Part shown: one piece after another, positions 11,579 through 24,129 of the stretch
Position numbering within the stretch: position 1 is the first letter of the stretch
Layout: each line of letters starts with the position of its first letter
NCBI RefSeq assembly: GCF_020740795.1
Contig: NC_067282.1
Span: forward strand, 18,089,172 to 18,153,171
Source: Apus apus
Taxonomy: Eukaryota
Length of the DNA: 64,000 nucleotides
Direction of reading: 5' to 3'
Position numbers and translations under genes: made by a program
The notes under the pieces: model-generated
Seen by the model: the letters and a program-made list of their open reading frames with translations, nothing else
Told to the model about the DNA's origin: nothing
The model's database searches: none

Positions 11579-12446
11579 TGATTTGTTGACAGGACTCAAA
11601 GCACTGGAGTCTTGAAGAACAGTCACAGCACCATTGTGCGAATGCAGTCTAGAAACACCACAGAAAAGAAACCAGCATCGTTTCACTCTCTTTGCCCCTA
11701 AATTCTTAGGAAAAGATGGGAATCAAATTCCCAGTGTACTTGGTAATGCTTCACGGTTCTTCCAGTAATTCAGGAATCCAGATACTAATCTCTGGTACTT
11801 GGCTTAGCAGAGTAATTTTTATTCACCTTTTGAGTATATCAGGGAAATACCTGATTAAACTGAGACTGGAAGTGGTTGTGTCTGCCTGGTTTTCTGGTTG
11901 TTAAGAGCTGTTATAGAAGTCTTCCAGTTCTTGATCATAGGTATCCTTTATAGAATGAGGAAATATGTAGTGTGTATGTATAAGTTTATGTATTAAAATG
12001 AGGCATTTGTGGGTACTGAAGGCTGTTACATACTGCCTTTCAGTGGAGTTCATAAAGACCTGTAATTGGGCTCTGTTGTCCCTACCAAGAGAACAGACAA
12101 CACAAAATACTTCTACAACTCTCCTCACGTAAACCTAAAACCACAAGAGATGAACCATGCAGAGGATTGCAGTATCCATCTTACTTTCCTTTCTAATAGC
12201 CAAAAAAATTATTTCTGCTGCCAAAAGACCTTGACTCAGTGGCCAGGTCAGTTGTGCTCTGTGCTGGGATCCACTGGCTTGGGAGATTGTATTTCTGCAT
12301 CTTGCTTTGATACTCCACTGTGATTTATGCTGTATAGCATTTATATGTATTTGTGCCTAACTGTCTTCAGATGTTCAGTGTCTGCATTTGTTATAAATGA
12401 CGAATCTTGTTACAAATTGATGTGACTCAATTGCCTTTCCTTTCAG

Positions 12447-12574
12447 GATCTGGAATTCTTCTCTTTGTTTTCCATGCAAATTTCTTCGGCAAAGACGTCA
12501 TTGCCCGGCTCTGTGGGCCGTGCAGTGTACAAGCTGTGGTTTTAAATGACAAGTTTCAGCTCCCTGTATTTTTG
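12447..12574 (+). CDS. MPHOSPH8: MPHOSPH8 exon (G-SGILLFVFHANFFGKDVIARLCGPCSVQAVVLNDKFQLPVFL); acceptor ctttcag|, donor tttttg|gtaaat; phase 1 in, 0 out
   Basis: This is part of ORF 12407-12634. It matches human MPP8 (GSGILLFIFHANFLGKEVIARLCGPCSVQAVVLNDKFQLPVFL). Confidence 0.92.
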
Positions 12575-12730
12575 GTAAATCTTTTCATATGTTTGACTGT
12601 AAAATTGTTTTATAAAATAGTCGTTATGGAGTAGCCTGGGAAATACTAGTTCCTTAATTTGGATTTTGAGTGTTGTGATGAAGCATTTTTTTAATCATTA
12701 CAGGGTGGGGTTTTTTAAATGGGACTTAGT

Positions 12731-12758
12731 TTTTTGTTGTTGTTGTTGTTGTTTGGAG
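12731..12758. repeat. (TTG)n / T-rich microsatellite
   Basis: The repeat ttttttgttgttgttgttgttgtttgg is visible directly. Confidence 0.8.
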
Positions 12759-12804
12759 AGAATTACAAACCTTGTGTATATTAGAATCCATAAAAACTTA
12801 TGCC

Positions 12805-12912
12805 TTGAAAGGCAGGGATCTGGTGCTGGACATCCTGTTCCTACATGGCCCTGCATGAGCAGAGGCTTGGGAGATGTCCCTTCCAACCTCAACCCTTCTG
12901 TGATTTTGTAAC
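12805..12912 (+). mobile_element. Short CR1 3'-tail fragment (plus orientation) in an MPHOSPH8 intron
   Basis: ..ggacatcctgttcctacatggccctgcatgagcagaggcttgggagatgtcccttccaacctcaacccttctgtgattttgtaac resembles the CR1 terminus (..gatgatctttaaggtcccttccaacccaaaccattctgtgatt). Confidence 0.55.
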
Positions 12913-13298
12913 TTCAGAACTGAGGGTTGGAGCAGGCAGGTGAGAATTCTGAATTTAAAGCTGTTTCACTTCCCAGGTTCACCTAACCTCTCCAAATTTT
13001 TGACCCCAGTAAGTTTTTAAATAGTTTTAAATATAACTACTTCACCTGCTTTTAACAACCTATCTCGTATTTGTAATGATTGATTTATATTTTTTTTAAT
13101 TAAACATCTAGTAAGTGCATCACTATGCACACTTTTTCAAGTCCTCTTGTTTTCTCTGTGGTTGCACCAAAGGTTCTTGGCAGTGTGTACACAAGTTCAT
13201 TTAAAAAAAATAGTTAAAATGTTGCTCTCTTAGTTTGTTAGCACTTTCAGCCATATCCTGCCATTAACTTTGTCCATTTTTTTTTTTTTTTCTTTTAG

Positions 13299-13382
13299 GA
13301 TAGTCACTTTATTTATTCCTTCAGCCCTACTGCAGGCCTTAACAAGCTTTTTATACGGTTGGCAGACGCTCCTACTGCCAAG
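13299..13382 (+). CDS. MPHOSPH8: MPHOSPH8 exon (DSHFIYSFSPTAGLNKLFIRLADAPTAK); acceptor (t)n-cttttag|, donor gccaag|gtacaa; phase 0/0
   Basis: Splice sites flank the exon. It matches human MPP8 (DSHFVYSFSPVAGPNKLFIRLTEAPSAK). Confidence 0.9.
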
Positions 13383-13956
13383 GTACAAAATACTCTGAAA
13401 ATGAAATGTGTATGTTAATTTCTTGTACAGTAACTCAGCCACAGTCTAAATGCTTCCCAGTTGAATGTTGCCAGTGTAAAACTAAGGATTTCTCACTGTC
13501 TCTTCATCCCAGTTCCCATCAGTTACAGTTCCATCTTGTGACATTGCCAGGACTTAGGAACTTTGCCAAGGGTGTTAGTTCTGTCAGAATTAAATGTTTC
13601 TCTGCTGCAGTCAGAATAATTCACACAGCAGGTTAAAGTATTGTTACAGCTAAACATTTTCTCCATCTATAGTGTGAGTTTAGTGAGTAACTGGTACATG
13701 GAATGTCAGTTATTTTTTTGCTTGTGGGTTTCGGAGAACTTGGAAGTATTTACTAGGATATGCAGTCTAGGTTTAAATAGTCTGTGTACCTTGTTGTATT
13801 TTCCAGGTGGCTTGGGCAGTAGTCCTGCTGCCTGCTGCAAGATGAGTGACAGAACCTGTTCTGGTAGCATTTGGTTTTATCCTGGGAAGATGTACCAGAG
13901 AATTTTCTAGATTTTCTGATTTAAAACTTACACTCTTATATGTTCTTTTGTGTGGG

Positions 13957-13990
13957 TTTTTTTGTTTGTTTGTTTGTTTTGTTTTTTTTA
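13957..13990. repeat. (TTTG)n / T-rich microsatellite
   Basis: The repeat tttttttgtttgtttgtttgttttgtttttttt is visible directly. Confidence 0.8.
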
Positions 13991-14231
13991 CTTTAGATTC
14001 AGGGCTAACTTGTTTAAACACCATGTAATGCAGTAGTATTCTAACAGTCCTTTTACAAGCCATTTCAGCAGGGCTGCTATGAACTGATTTTATTAAATAG
14101 ACTGTAAATTCCTTTGTTTTTTCTTTTAGTCACTAGCAGTTTGTGTGCCTTTCCTCGTGCTGCTCTTGCATGAGCAGCGCCCGGCACAGCAGTAATGCCT
14201 GCCCTGTGTTTGCTGTTGCAGGTGAAGCTGC

Positions 14232-14273
14232 TGATCAGCGCCTACCGGGTGCAGCTGCAGTGAGCTCACAGGG
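14232..14273 (+). CDS. MPHOSPH8: MPHOSPH8 terminal coding exon (VKLLISAYRVQLQ*), TGA stop at 14271-14273; 3'UTR continues downstream
   Basis: The acceptor is tgttgcag|. The short peptide matches the human MPP8 C-terminus (VKLLIGAYRVQLQ) and is followed immediately by an in-frame stop. Confidence 0.88.
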
Positions 14274-16025
14274 CAGGGCCGGGCGGGCTGGTGCTCCCTT
14301 GGATCTGCTGCCGATTCCTCTCTAGAGACTGACCAAGCAGTTTGGAGCTTTGGGCACCACACTCTTCAGAGCCTGTTCCCATCTTGCTGTCACTTGCTGG
14401 CAGCCACAGAGGAAGGTGTGTGTTGGAGAGCAGCTCAGGATGCTGCTCTGGTGGCACAAGGGTTGTCAGCTGGTTTTTACTTTGTACAGATGTAGCTGTA
14501 AGTATTTGTGCCAATACACATACTTCTGTTTTTCTTCAACTTGTGGAGTCCAGACTGCATATTTCAGCTTTTCCACAGTGTGGAACGGTGCGCATAAGAA
14601 CTATTTAAGGTAACTACGTGAAATGTCTTTTTTGATAGAAAGATCTTTTCCATTTGTAAACTACAATTTTTTACTTGCTTTAACTGTAATGTTTCTATGT
14701 AAAATGCAGAAGTGTCATATTGTTGGAGCCACGACTCTTCAGAGTCACTGCATTAGATGAGTTGCTGAGGGCTGTGTTCTGGTTTGAAACTGTTCCTGCT
14801 GCTCCTCCCGACGAGAAGGCAGCTTTGCTCAGTGATTCCCTCTGAACAGGGAGGGGTTCGGCCACAGGCATCTGGGCAGGCTCCGTGCTTAGGGCATTGC
14901 AGTTGGGTGCCTAGTTACATCTGTGTTTTGAAACTACTTCTGTAATAGAGAAGCAACTGAGAGTTCTACAGACATCTTAACTTTTGAGTTCTTGGCCAAG
15001 TGACATATGGGAAAACAAATACAAGGTGAAAATAACAAACCAGAAAACTAGTAACTACCTTAAATGCACAGGCAGTGCTTTTTGTAGACAGGAAGACAAA
15101 CATAAGAGGATTTCAGATATTCTTAACCTGACAGATGAGAACATGTACTGCCCTTTCATTCAGAAATTCAGTTCCTCAGTGCAAAGAGCTGCTATTTTTT
15201 TTTATTTACATGATCCACTTTATCAGGTGACAGGGGTTCTGTAACAGTTCTCTGCTATAAAAGACAAATGTAATACTTCTGCATGAAGTATAGAGTATTT
15301 TTCTTTGTAAATTACCCAACCTCTAGCAAAGTAAAAAAAAAGGTAAAAATCCAGATTGTGCCTTTGCAGTTCTGGGTGCCACATGTAGTTTACATGCCAC
15401 TTTGTGCCTATATTGTTAGCAAGACTATTGTAGATAAATTCTTAATTATTTGAGTGCTCACCATCAAAATGGTGCAGATGGATCCTATTAAGAACTGTGA
15501 CTTTTTATTATAAAGTTCAATTAACCTGTTTTTAATTTTTGGTTCTTGAAAGTTTAAAACTTTCATATTTAAGAGATGCCAAATGAGTAAGTAACAAAAC
15601 ACACTATTTCAATTTTGTGGAATGTTCCATTAAGCTATAGAAAACTAGAACAGCAACATGAGATAGAAATACTCGTTTCTGGTTTGATTTAGAGTAGTTG
15701 CCTGTCTTTTTGCAAACGGTATTGATGAGATGTTCCTAAGTCTGGGTTTTGAACAGACTTGGTACCTCCACCTCTCTGAAACATGTTGGATACTTTGTTT
15801 TGCCAAGTGTGAACACCTGAGGTGCACAAGAAGCAGTGGCTGAGAAGGGTGTTTGTCACTGCCAGCACTGGGGATTTGGTGTAGCTGTGCTGCTGCTCAG
15901 TCACTCTACGTAGCCAAGGAAGATGAGTAAGGAAAGGGGATGTTTGTGCTTTCTGGTGAAGTGACAGTTTCATGTATGTGGCTGCCCCTTCCTCAGTTAC
16001 TCCTGCAATGCACACCTGCCTAACC

Positions 16026-16045
16026 GTGTGGTGTGTGTGTGTGTG
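16026..16045. repeat. (GT)10 dinucleotide microsatellite
   Basis: The repeat gtgtgtgtgtgtgtgtgtgt is visible directly in the sequence. Confidence 0.9.
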
Positions 16046-19000
16046 AGGGGCTCTGTACAGCACAGCAGTGCTAAATGTTGGAGTTAAATGTTGGGGGACA
16101 ACATGGTTTTGAACAAATGTCCATATAATATAGATGATATTTAGAAACTGTTGTACAGTCTAACCTAAAAATGTCTACTAATGCTCTGAGAGTTGGCATA
16201 GTAAGTAGTTGGTCAAAGGCTGTTGACTTTGAGGATTTGTTTTGGTCAGGGTTTGGTTTTGTTTGTTGTTTTTTTTCCCTTGAGGCACTGGGGAGAGAGG
16301 GAGGAGTTTTACAGGACATGGGAATAAAATTTGGGTTCATGCTGCTTTTATTGAGGGATGGATTTTGTAGCCATCTTTCTCTTCTAGTTGGTGATATAAA
16401 TTAAAAATCCCTACTGAAGATGCATAAAAGGCATATGAAAAGATGTTTGAAGTTGTTTTTTGTCTGATTTTTATTGTATGGTGATTATCCAGTTGCTAAG
16501 AAAAAAGTTTAGGTAAATGAAAGATTAGGAGAAAGTAGCTACAATAAAAATCACTTCTTTAGGCTCTGTGGAGAAATACCTTGGACATACTTGCTCAGTT
16601 TCTTCTTGCCACTGTCAGCAAGGCCAAGCAGCTGCAGTTACTATCAACCTCACTGGCAATAAATTGTTCTGATGGTTTGGGTTCAACATCTTTCACTGCT
16701 GCACCATCAGTGTTTGTGTTCCCAGCCTCTCTCACAGGTACTGAAGGTTGGTGGGTGATGCAGCTGACTACTCACAGGTCTCCTGTGCTTTCTGCACCTG
16801 TTTTTCAAAAATGAGATGTTTTTTATGAGCCTGGCTAGAAGAAAAGCTGTTGCAGTGTGTGGAAGGGACAGTGCAGAGTGCAGCTGCCATCTTAGCCAGC
16901 AAGGGTTGCTCAGGCTGCCTGAGGGCTGTCCTGAAATGGTCAGCCTGTACCTGCTATAATTTTGTCATCGCTATTTGCCTTCCCAGACAGTGCTGGAAAA
17001 CAGTCAGTGTCAAATCTTTCTCCCTTGGTCAGTCAGTCAGAGCCACTGCAGTCCAGCAGGATGGGAGCTAGAGGAAAGCATCAGGCTGGGATTTCCTTTT
17101 GTTGAAGTTCTGTGATGTGGAGATGCAATGGAGTCTCACCTTCCAGGAATGCAAGGGAACTGTAATGGCCACCTCTTCTAGGCTGCAGGTGCAGCAGGGG
17201 CACTGCCTGCCCATCCCTGAGTCCTCACACTTGAAAGCTCCTCAGCTTTTCCCTGTCCCACATAAACGGTGAAAATATTTTTCAGGTTCTGAACAAAGGC
17301 AAAAGCTGTGGGGGGACACACCTAAAAGTAGACAAAAGACAGCATGAAATAAAAGTTTGAGCAGGACTGAGGCAGCAATAAAAATTATGGTTAGAAAAAG
17401 GTATCTTAAATAAATCTTGAGCATCTGAAGTACAGCAGCCAGGAGCAAGGGAGCAGGCAGAAGATGGTTCTTTTTTGATGTCAAGGCAACTTTTGCTTTA
17501 CGGCACAGTCTCTGTCATGCAGGATAGCTACAACTGAACTTTTTTTCTCCCAGGATTTCTGTAACACTTCTTAGATGGTTTGAATGGTGAGGAACTCCTC
17601 TGGTCAGTTGTAGGTGGCACAGAGCCATTTATAGTAGACGGGTCGGACCCATTCTAGCTCCTTTCAGCTGTCTCTGGCTTATACCATTTTCTCTAGGTAA
17701 TTAATACTTCTGTGCTCTTTTAAACTCTACTGCAACTTAAACAGAATTCCCACTATGGTTTTTTCTTTAAATATAAAATGCACCACTTTCTGATCTTTTG
17801 TCACAGATGAGTGCTTGAAAATATTTTTACCTCATTTCATTGAGCTCCTAAGTCTTTTTTTAAATCCAAACCCAATCACTTAACCAAGGAGCAGCCTTTT
17901 AATGTCTCAATTACTCTGATGCCTGTTGTAGCACATACAAACTTTAATCATTTTATCAACACCATTTCCCAGCACTAGTATTAGAGAAACAGAGAGAAAA
18001 TCTGCTTTCAGGTACAGTTTAGATACAAGAAGAGTCGAGGCCTTGGGCACATGTCAGAGTTGGGCAACATCAGCTTTACTGATGCTTGATTTTGCTCAAC
18101 ACTGGAAACCACCTTCTCTGGAGGAGGCTGAGGACCAGCACATCAGGAAAGCTGGAAGTCATCTCCTTGTACAGGAAAAGGCATATTGAAGTTGCAAGCA
18201 GACATTGTATTAGATGTGTCTGTTTCCATCTGAGGAGCTGGTGGGGGACACACCACCTCCATGCTGGGCCTCCTCCCCTCATTTCAGATGTCCCTGTTCC
18301 CTCAGGCCTTGCAGGGCAGACCTGTCTGCATGCAGAAAGAAGACAACTTAAGTTAGAGTAGTCAATTCATCCCTCTCCATAGACTTCATCACTATTTTGT
18401 AGGATAACAGTGTTATTCTTGTGCCCAAGAGCACAGAGAGCAATGCAGAAGAAAAGAGCACGTATTAAGAGCAGAAATAATACAAAGGGACTGACAACCA
18501 AGAACAAAGGAAACTGAGGATGTGACTAAAGTCACAACCACTGTTAAAGTGCTCTAATGAGTGACAACATGATTATATCCTCATCCCTGATGGTCCCTGG
18601 AATTCCAACTCAAAGAGCAGCATCTTCACAGTGCAGCAGAAAGCCATCTTCAGCCACGAGGGGTTTTCAGGAAATAAATATGATTCAGGTTGAGGATTAA
18701 GAGGAGACACCTCAGTGGTAACTTCCTTGAAAACGTACTTTTGTAATCAAAGAACAGCAGAACTATGTAATCACAGCCCAGTGCATCTCCTGGTGTAACA
18801 AAACCCTGTGCAAGTTTATTTTGGCACTGACGAAGAGAACATGATGCCACAGCAGGGCCAGCTTTTGTCTCTACAGATAACTGCTCAGCAATGAGTTAAG
18901 GAAGATCAAACTGAGCAGGTGTCATTTTTTTTATGTGACTGATATGGCTCACTCCCCAGAATAGCCTGCAACTTTTTCCCAGTTTGCTGTTGCACACTCT

Positions 19001-19699
19001 GCCCCAAATACAATGCAATTCACATACATTTTTTATCTACCCTCCATTTTTAATGCCATTTAAATAGGCCATTAGGCTGTGTCATCCAGGTTCACACTGC
19101 AGTCTGAAGCGTGCACACACAAATGAATAGTGGGGAAAGAGAAAGAAGGGATTTTATCACTCCACTGTGAATAGGAGTCATTATTTAGCCAAAGAAACAC
19201 TTGTATGTCCAAGGAGCCTTGGCCATCCACTCTTCCCTTCACAGGAAGGAAACCCTGAAGACAGAAAAAATTCTGAGGCGCCTGGGAAACCTGCCAAACA
19301 CTGAGGTTCCTGAGTGGCTCTTGTGCACAGGGGTAGCTGATACATCAGGACAAGCAAGGCAGCTGAATTCTCAACAACTATGTGGTCAAGACGTGGACAG
19401 AAAAATTTCTTTTAAAGTCAAACGTAAAATAATTAAATGTTTTTTTGGTTACTACTATTTTTCTGATAAAGTTTTACCTGTATTGTCCTTTTTAGATTTG
19501 ATGAGTAGCTCATAGCTTCCCTGTTTCCATAGCCTGGTGTATCTTACACATTATTGTGTGATTATTTTTATGTTACTATTTTTTGTGATTTTACAACTAG
19601 AAAATAACAGGGAACTCCTTAGTAAAGGGCAGAACCACAAAACAAGGTGCATATCAGACATCCGACTTCCTCAGCTCTGCCTCAGCATCAAACATGTAA

Positions 19700-21114
19700 C
19701 AAGGTCCAGGATCGGGAACACTTTCTCTGGAGACAAGTTATATGTGCTGGTCCTGATGTGAGGCAGCCAGGAGTGCTGAGAGAGATGCTCACTAGCATCA
19801 GGAGCCTGCTCTTGCTGAAAGGGCACAGCAACTGGGAGAGGTGTGCCAGGACTAGAGGAAACAGAACAACCAGGTGATCAGGTCCACTCAGCACGTGAAG
19901 GTCCTGCTTGATGAACCTGATCTCCTTCTATGACAAGACGACCCACCCAGTGGATGGCTGTGGATATTGTCTACCTGGACTTCCCTAAAGCCTTGACACT
20001 GTCTCCCACAGCATTCTGATGAAAAAACTGGCTGCTCATGGCTCGGATGGACATGCTCTCTGTTGGATAAAACACTGGCTGGACAGCTGGGCCCAGAGAG
20101 TGGTGGTGAACGCAGCTAAACCAGCTGCTGGCCGGTCACTGGCTGGGTCCCTCAGGGCTCAGTGTTGGGACCACTTGTGTTTAACATTTTAATCAATGAC
20201 CTCGATAAGGGTAGAGAGTGCACCCTCAGTAAGTTTGCAGATGACACCAAGTTGGGAGGCAGTGTTGATCTGCTTGAGGTTAGGGAGGCTCTACAGAGGG
20301 ACTTAGACAGACTAGATTGATGGGCTGAGGCAAAATGTATGAAGTTCAACAAGGCCAAGTGTTGGGTCCTGCACTTGGCCACAACCCCATGCAACACTAC
20401 AGGCTGAGGAAGAGAGGCTGGAAAGCTGCCCAGCAGAGAGGGACTATAGGGTTCTGATCAATTTGCAGCTAAATATGAGCCAGCAGTGTGCACAGGTGGC
20501 CAAGGCAGCCAATAGCATCCTGGCTTGTATTAGAAATAGTGTGGCTAGCAGGACCAGGCAATGATCACCCCTCTGTACTTGGCCTTGGTGAGGCCACACC
20601 TCAAATACTTTGTCCAGTTTTGGGCACCTCAGTACAAGAAAGACATCAAGGTGCTGAAGTGTGTCCAAAGAAGGGCAACAAAGCTGCTGAAGGGCCTTGG
20701 GAACAAGTCTTATGAGGAGTGGCTGAAGGAACTGGGGCTGTTTAGTTTGAAGAAAAGGAGGCTGAAGGGAGACCTCATCATCCCCCCTGTACAACCACCT
20801 GAAAGGATGCTGTGAAGAGGTAGGTGCTGGTCTCTTCTCACAAGTAACTAGTGATAAAACAAAAGGAAATGGCTTAAAGCTGCACCAGGGGAGGTGTTAG
20901 ACTAGACATTAGAAAGAACTTCTTCACTGAAAGAGCTGTCAGACATTGGAACGTGATGCCCAGGGAGGTGGTTGAGTCACCTTCCCTGGATGTGTTTAAA
21001 AGTCATCTAGATGTGATGCTTGGGGAATATGGCTTAGAGCTGGACTTAGCAGAGTAGGGTTAATGGTTGGACTCAGTGATCTTAAAGGTCTTTTCCAACC
21101 TAAGTGATTCTGTG
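19700..21114 (+). mobile_element. CR1 (chicken repeat 1) LINE, 5'-truncated copy spanning the ORF2 reverse-transcriptase region to the 3' end. The 5' boundary (about 19650-19860) is uncertain. The 3' terminus is ...ggtcttttccaacctaagtgattctgtga.
   Basis: Decayed frames read ...NQVIRSTQHVKVLLDEPDLL.., ..AVDIVYLDFPKALTLSPT..ILMKKLAAHGSDGHAL.., ..[31 protein letters not shown].., and ..[67 protein letters not shown].. (ORF 20561-20815). Then ..[20 protein letters not shown].. is followed by the typical CR1 3' terminus. All of these are hallmark CR1 ORF2 and 3'UTR motifs. Confidence 0.85.
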
Positions 21115-21116
21115 AA

Positions 21117-21185
21117 AGCAGACATCACTCCAGTCTTCAACCAGGGCAGGAAGGAGGACCCAGGGAACTACAGGCTCTGGGAAGG
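21117..21185 (+). mobile_element. Short second CR1 ORF2 fragment (..ADITPVFNQGRKEDPGNYRLW..) abutting the 3' end of the preceding CR1
   Basis: The peptide carries the LINE RT motif that reads ..NVTPIFKKGKKEDPGNYRPVSL.. in the CR1 consensus. It begins immediately after the (ATTCTGTG) tail of the upstream copy. Similarity is lost after about 70 bp. Confidence 0.5.
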
Positions 21186-24109
21186 TAGGTAAAATCCTAC
21201 CCATGTTTTAGAGAATACATGGATACAGCCTTTCAGAGCAAAGCCTAGCAGGTAACCCCAAGGTCTGTTCAGAATCAGAAGCTCCAGAGTCAATTGTACA
21301 AGCCAGCTCTGAGTGCAATGTGTCAGTAACACCCAGCAGCTCAGACACAGAATTAACGTGGCACTCTGGTCTTGGATACAAGACACATTCTGGCTAGTCA
21401 GACGTGGAGCTGTTTGCAGGAGGTTGTGCACATCAAGCTGCTTAGAAACATGTTAACATACGACAGGAATTATACAAGGCATTATATTATCTGAAAGCAA
21501 GTATTAGTTGAAGCACAGAAGCAGAACTACTCCACATCTAACCTCACATGTAAACAAAAAGAGGGCCCCCAATTTCAATAACTACATAATAAAGCCAAAT
21601 ATCCTAATACTCACCTTCATCCCAACACTTGATTTAGGATTTTCTTCTGTATGCGTAATATAGCAGAAGGACTCTACACAAGCCAGTCTTCAGCTGCATT
21701 TTAGCATTTTAATAGTAACCTAAAAAATAAAAGAGACAGTGAATAAATGTGACACTTCAAACAAGCTAGAAAATACAGTAGCTTCTCTTTCAAATACCCG
21801 TAAGTATAATATAAACCATAAATAAACCATAATAAAACTTCACATTACCAGAAAAAAATATCCATTTATTCTCTACCTATTCTTACCACTTTGTTGTTAC
21901 TACACAGATTTCTCTAAAGATTTTAATTTTACTACCTTAGCAGTTAAAAGCAACTGTTCCAAGAACATTAAGAAGCTTCTGGATTATCATACTTCTGCTT
22001 GGATTAAATGCAGTTCTGCTCCAAAGTGCCCCAAGTCATTTCTCTTTGGAGGGTTTTTAAAACACACACATACCAAACACAACACTCATCTTCTGCACCT
22101 GCCAACACATGTGGCCAAAGTGACATTTCATCCTTCCCTTATGACTGCCTCTAGAATAATTAGGATCCCTGCACAAACACAGAATATTAATGAAACTTGA
22201 GAACTGTTCTCACTGTAGCTGTACTGAGGGTATGGAAGCAGAAATAGTTTTCTCCTTGTTCTGCAGCCTGCTGTGGTACAGACATCTAACAGATACTGAA
22301 AAGGAGCAGAGCTATATATGAAATTAATACAACTGAACTAGAGTACAATGTCCTACTTTATAATAACAACTCAGAACTGAACTGCACACAAGTTTCATTA
22401 AAATACCTTTTAATACTAAAAGCATTAGAAATTGTTGCAGAAGTTTAAGACACCTGTAATTTAAAAGCTTCTGCAATAGATCTGCTTGCATTTGCAGTAA
22501 GTGTATTTGAAAGAAGAGCAAGTCAGAGTATAATTTTATTCCTGTTACATTTATTCATAATTAATTTTAATTATGTTCAAAAATGCCTAAATAATAACAA
22601 AAAGGGTTAATAAGGGTACCCTGAACTCTGTGTGTCTTCTCCTAGATTCCACACTTAAAATAATGATCCAACAGCTCCCTGCCCCAGCCATTTAGGCTTC
22701 CAAACAGCTCTTACCCAGATGTACATTCCCCCCTCCTTTGTCCCCAGTTAAAATCACCTCTTCTTCACAAACACCTCTGCTTTTAGATAACGAGTACTGC
22801 AAGTTTAAGGTAACTCATTACTCAGGCTGGGGAAGCAGACATAGAAACATGTTGCAGAGCCACAGAGCCCTCAAGAAATCTCTCCAGATGAAGACTGGAA
22901 ATCCCCCCAACTGTAGCAGTGCAAGAGGATGAGGAGCTCTGGGTGCACTCAGATCAAGACCTCCCAAAACTATTTACCAACATCTTGAGGTTCTGTTTGG
23001 TGAGCATAAAACTTAGCACACCCCGCAATGTTGCAGAAAGAATTCATCTGGAAGGCCACACACAAATTGCACCTTCCAGCTAGCTTCACTTCACGAGCAG
23101 CCCCAAAAAGCAACTTAGAAGTTACATGTGTCAATTACAACACACACCCACAAATATTTACATTAAAGGTAACACCTTATCAGATACAGCTCAACAACAG
23201 CTGAGTAGCAGCTCAGAATTAGTACAATTTCAAAGTTGGCACAATTCAACATCTGAGTCCTATTAAAAGTGCTGTTAATTCAGCCCTTCTTCCATTTGCT
23301 TACTTTTCATCTCTTCCCCCCATGGTGCAGTTGCTATATACCCAACTTCCAAAGTTCTGTTTTGATGGATATTTTCTTCCTAACGATGATGTGCCAGAGC
23401 ACAGCCAACTAACCCTTTGCAACCAGAAGTGCCATTTTGCAAGTGCTAGTATTAAAAGTGCTGAGCAGGTCAAATACAGTAACGGCCACAGAAATGACTG
23501 TCAGCCTTGGGGACCAGGCTGGAATTGTCACCTGGACAAATATCAGTGTCCTGGGACATGACCTCCTCATGGTGAAACTAATTCAGCTAAAGCTACAATT
23601 GCAAACTGCCCACCTTTCAGTCTGTATTTTAATATTACGAAAAAACATAATAACTAGGCTTTTCTTCATTTTCCCCCTATCTACAAAGAGCGAGGCTAAG
23701 ACCTCCAAAGGCCTGACACAGTCTCTCCAGTTTCCATAGCAGCCAGTGTATATTACCTTCTCCTTGGCCCCCTGGATGTACTGAAGAGAAAGCAGCTTCG
23801 TGGCAACCAGTAGATACTAGTGACAAAACTGTAGCCAAGTAAATCTGGTAGGTTTTGAAGACAACCCCTAAACCAGCCAGCAAGACCATATGGTAGCTAC
23901 AAATTAATAATTTACTGTAACTCCAATACTTACAAAGTGATTATATAGTGTGTGGGGTCTTTTTAAACAGTATGTCTCTGACTCTGCACTATTTTTTCAG
24001 GATTGTATCTCTAGAAGAAATGAAGATCATTCCAACCTCTCTACCCTCCTGCTTATGATTAACAGTAACTACTTTTTTAGACCTGAATGTATCCTAGCAG
24101 CTAATGCAG

Positions 24110-24129
24110 AAAAAAAAAAAAAAAAAAAA
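24110..24129. repeat. poly(A) homopolymer of about 20 nt
   Basis: An uninterrupted run of A is visible. Confidence 0.85.

Noticed and set aside
14126-14613. Several overlapping 60-90 aa ORFs on both strands around the MPHOSPH8 last exon and 3'UTR
   Set aside because: They sit in GC-rich sequence that has few stop codons. Only the 14-codon frame VKLLISAYRVQLQ* has orthologue support.
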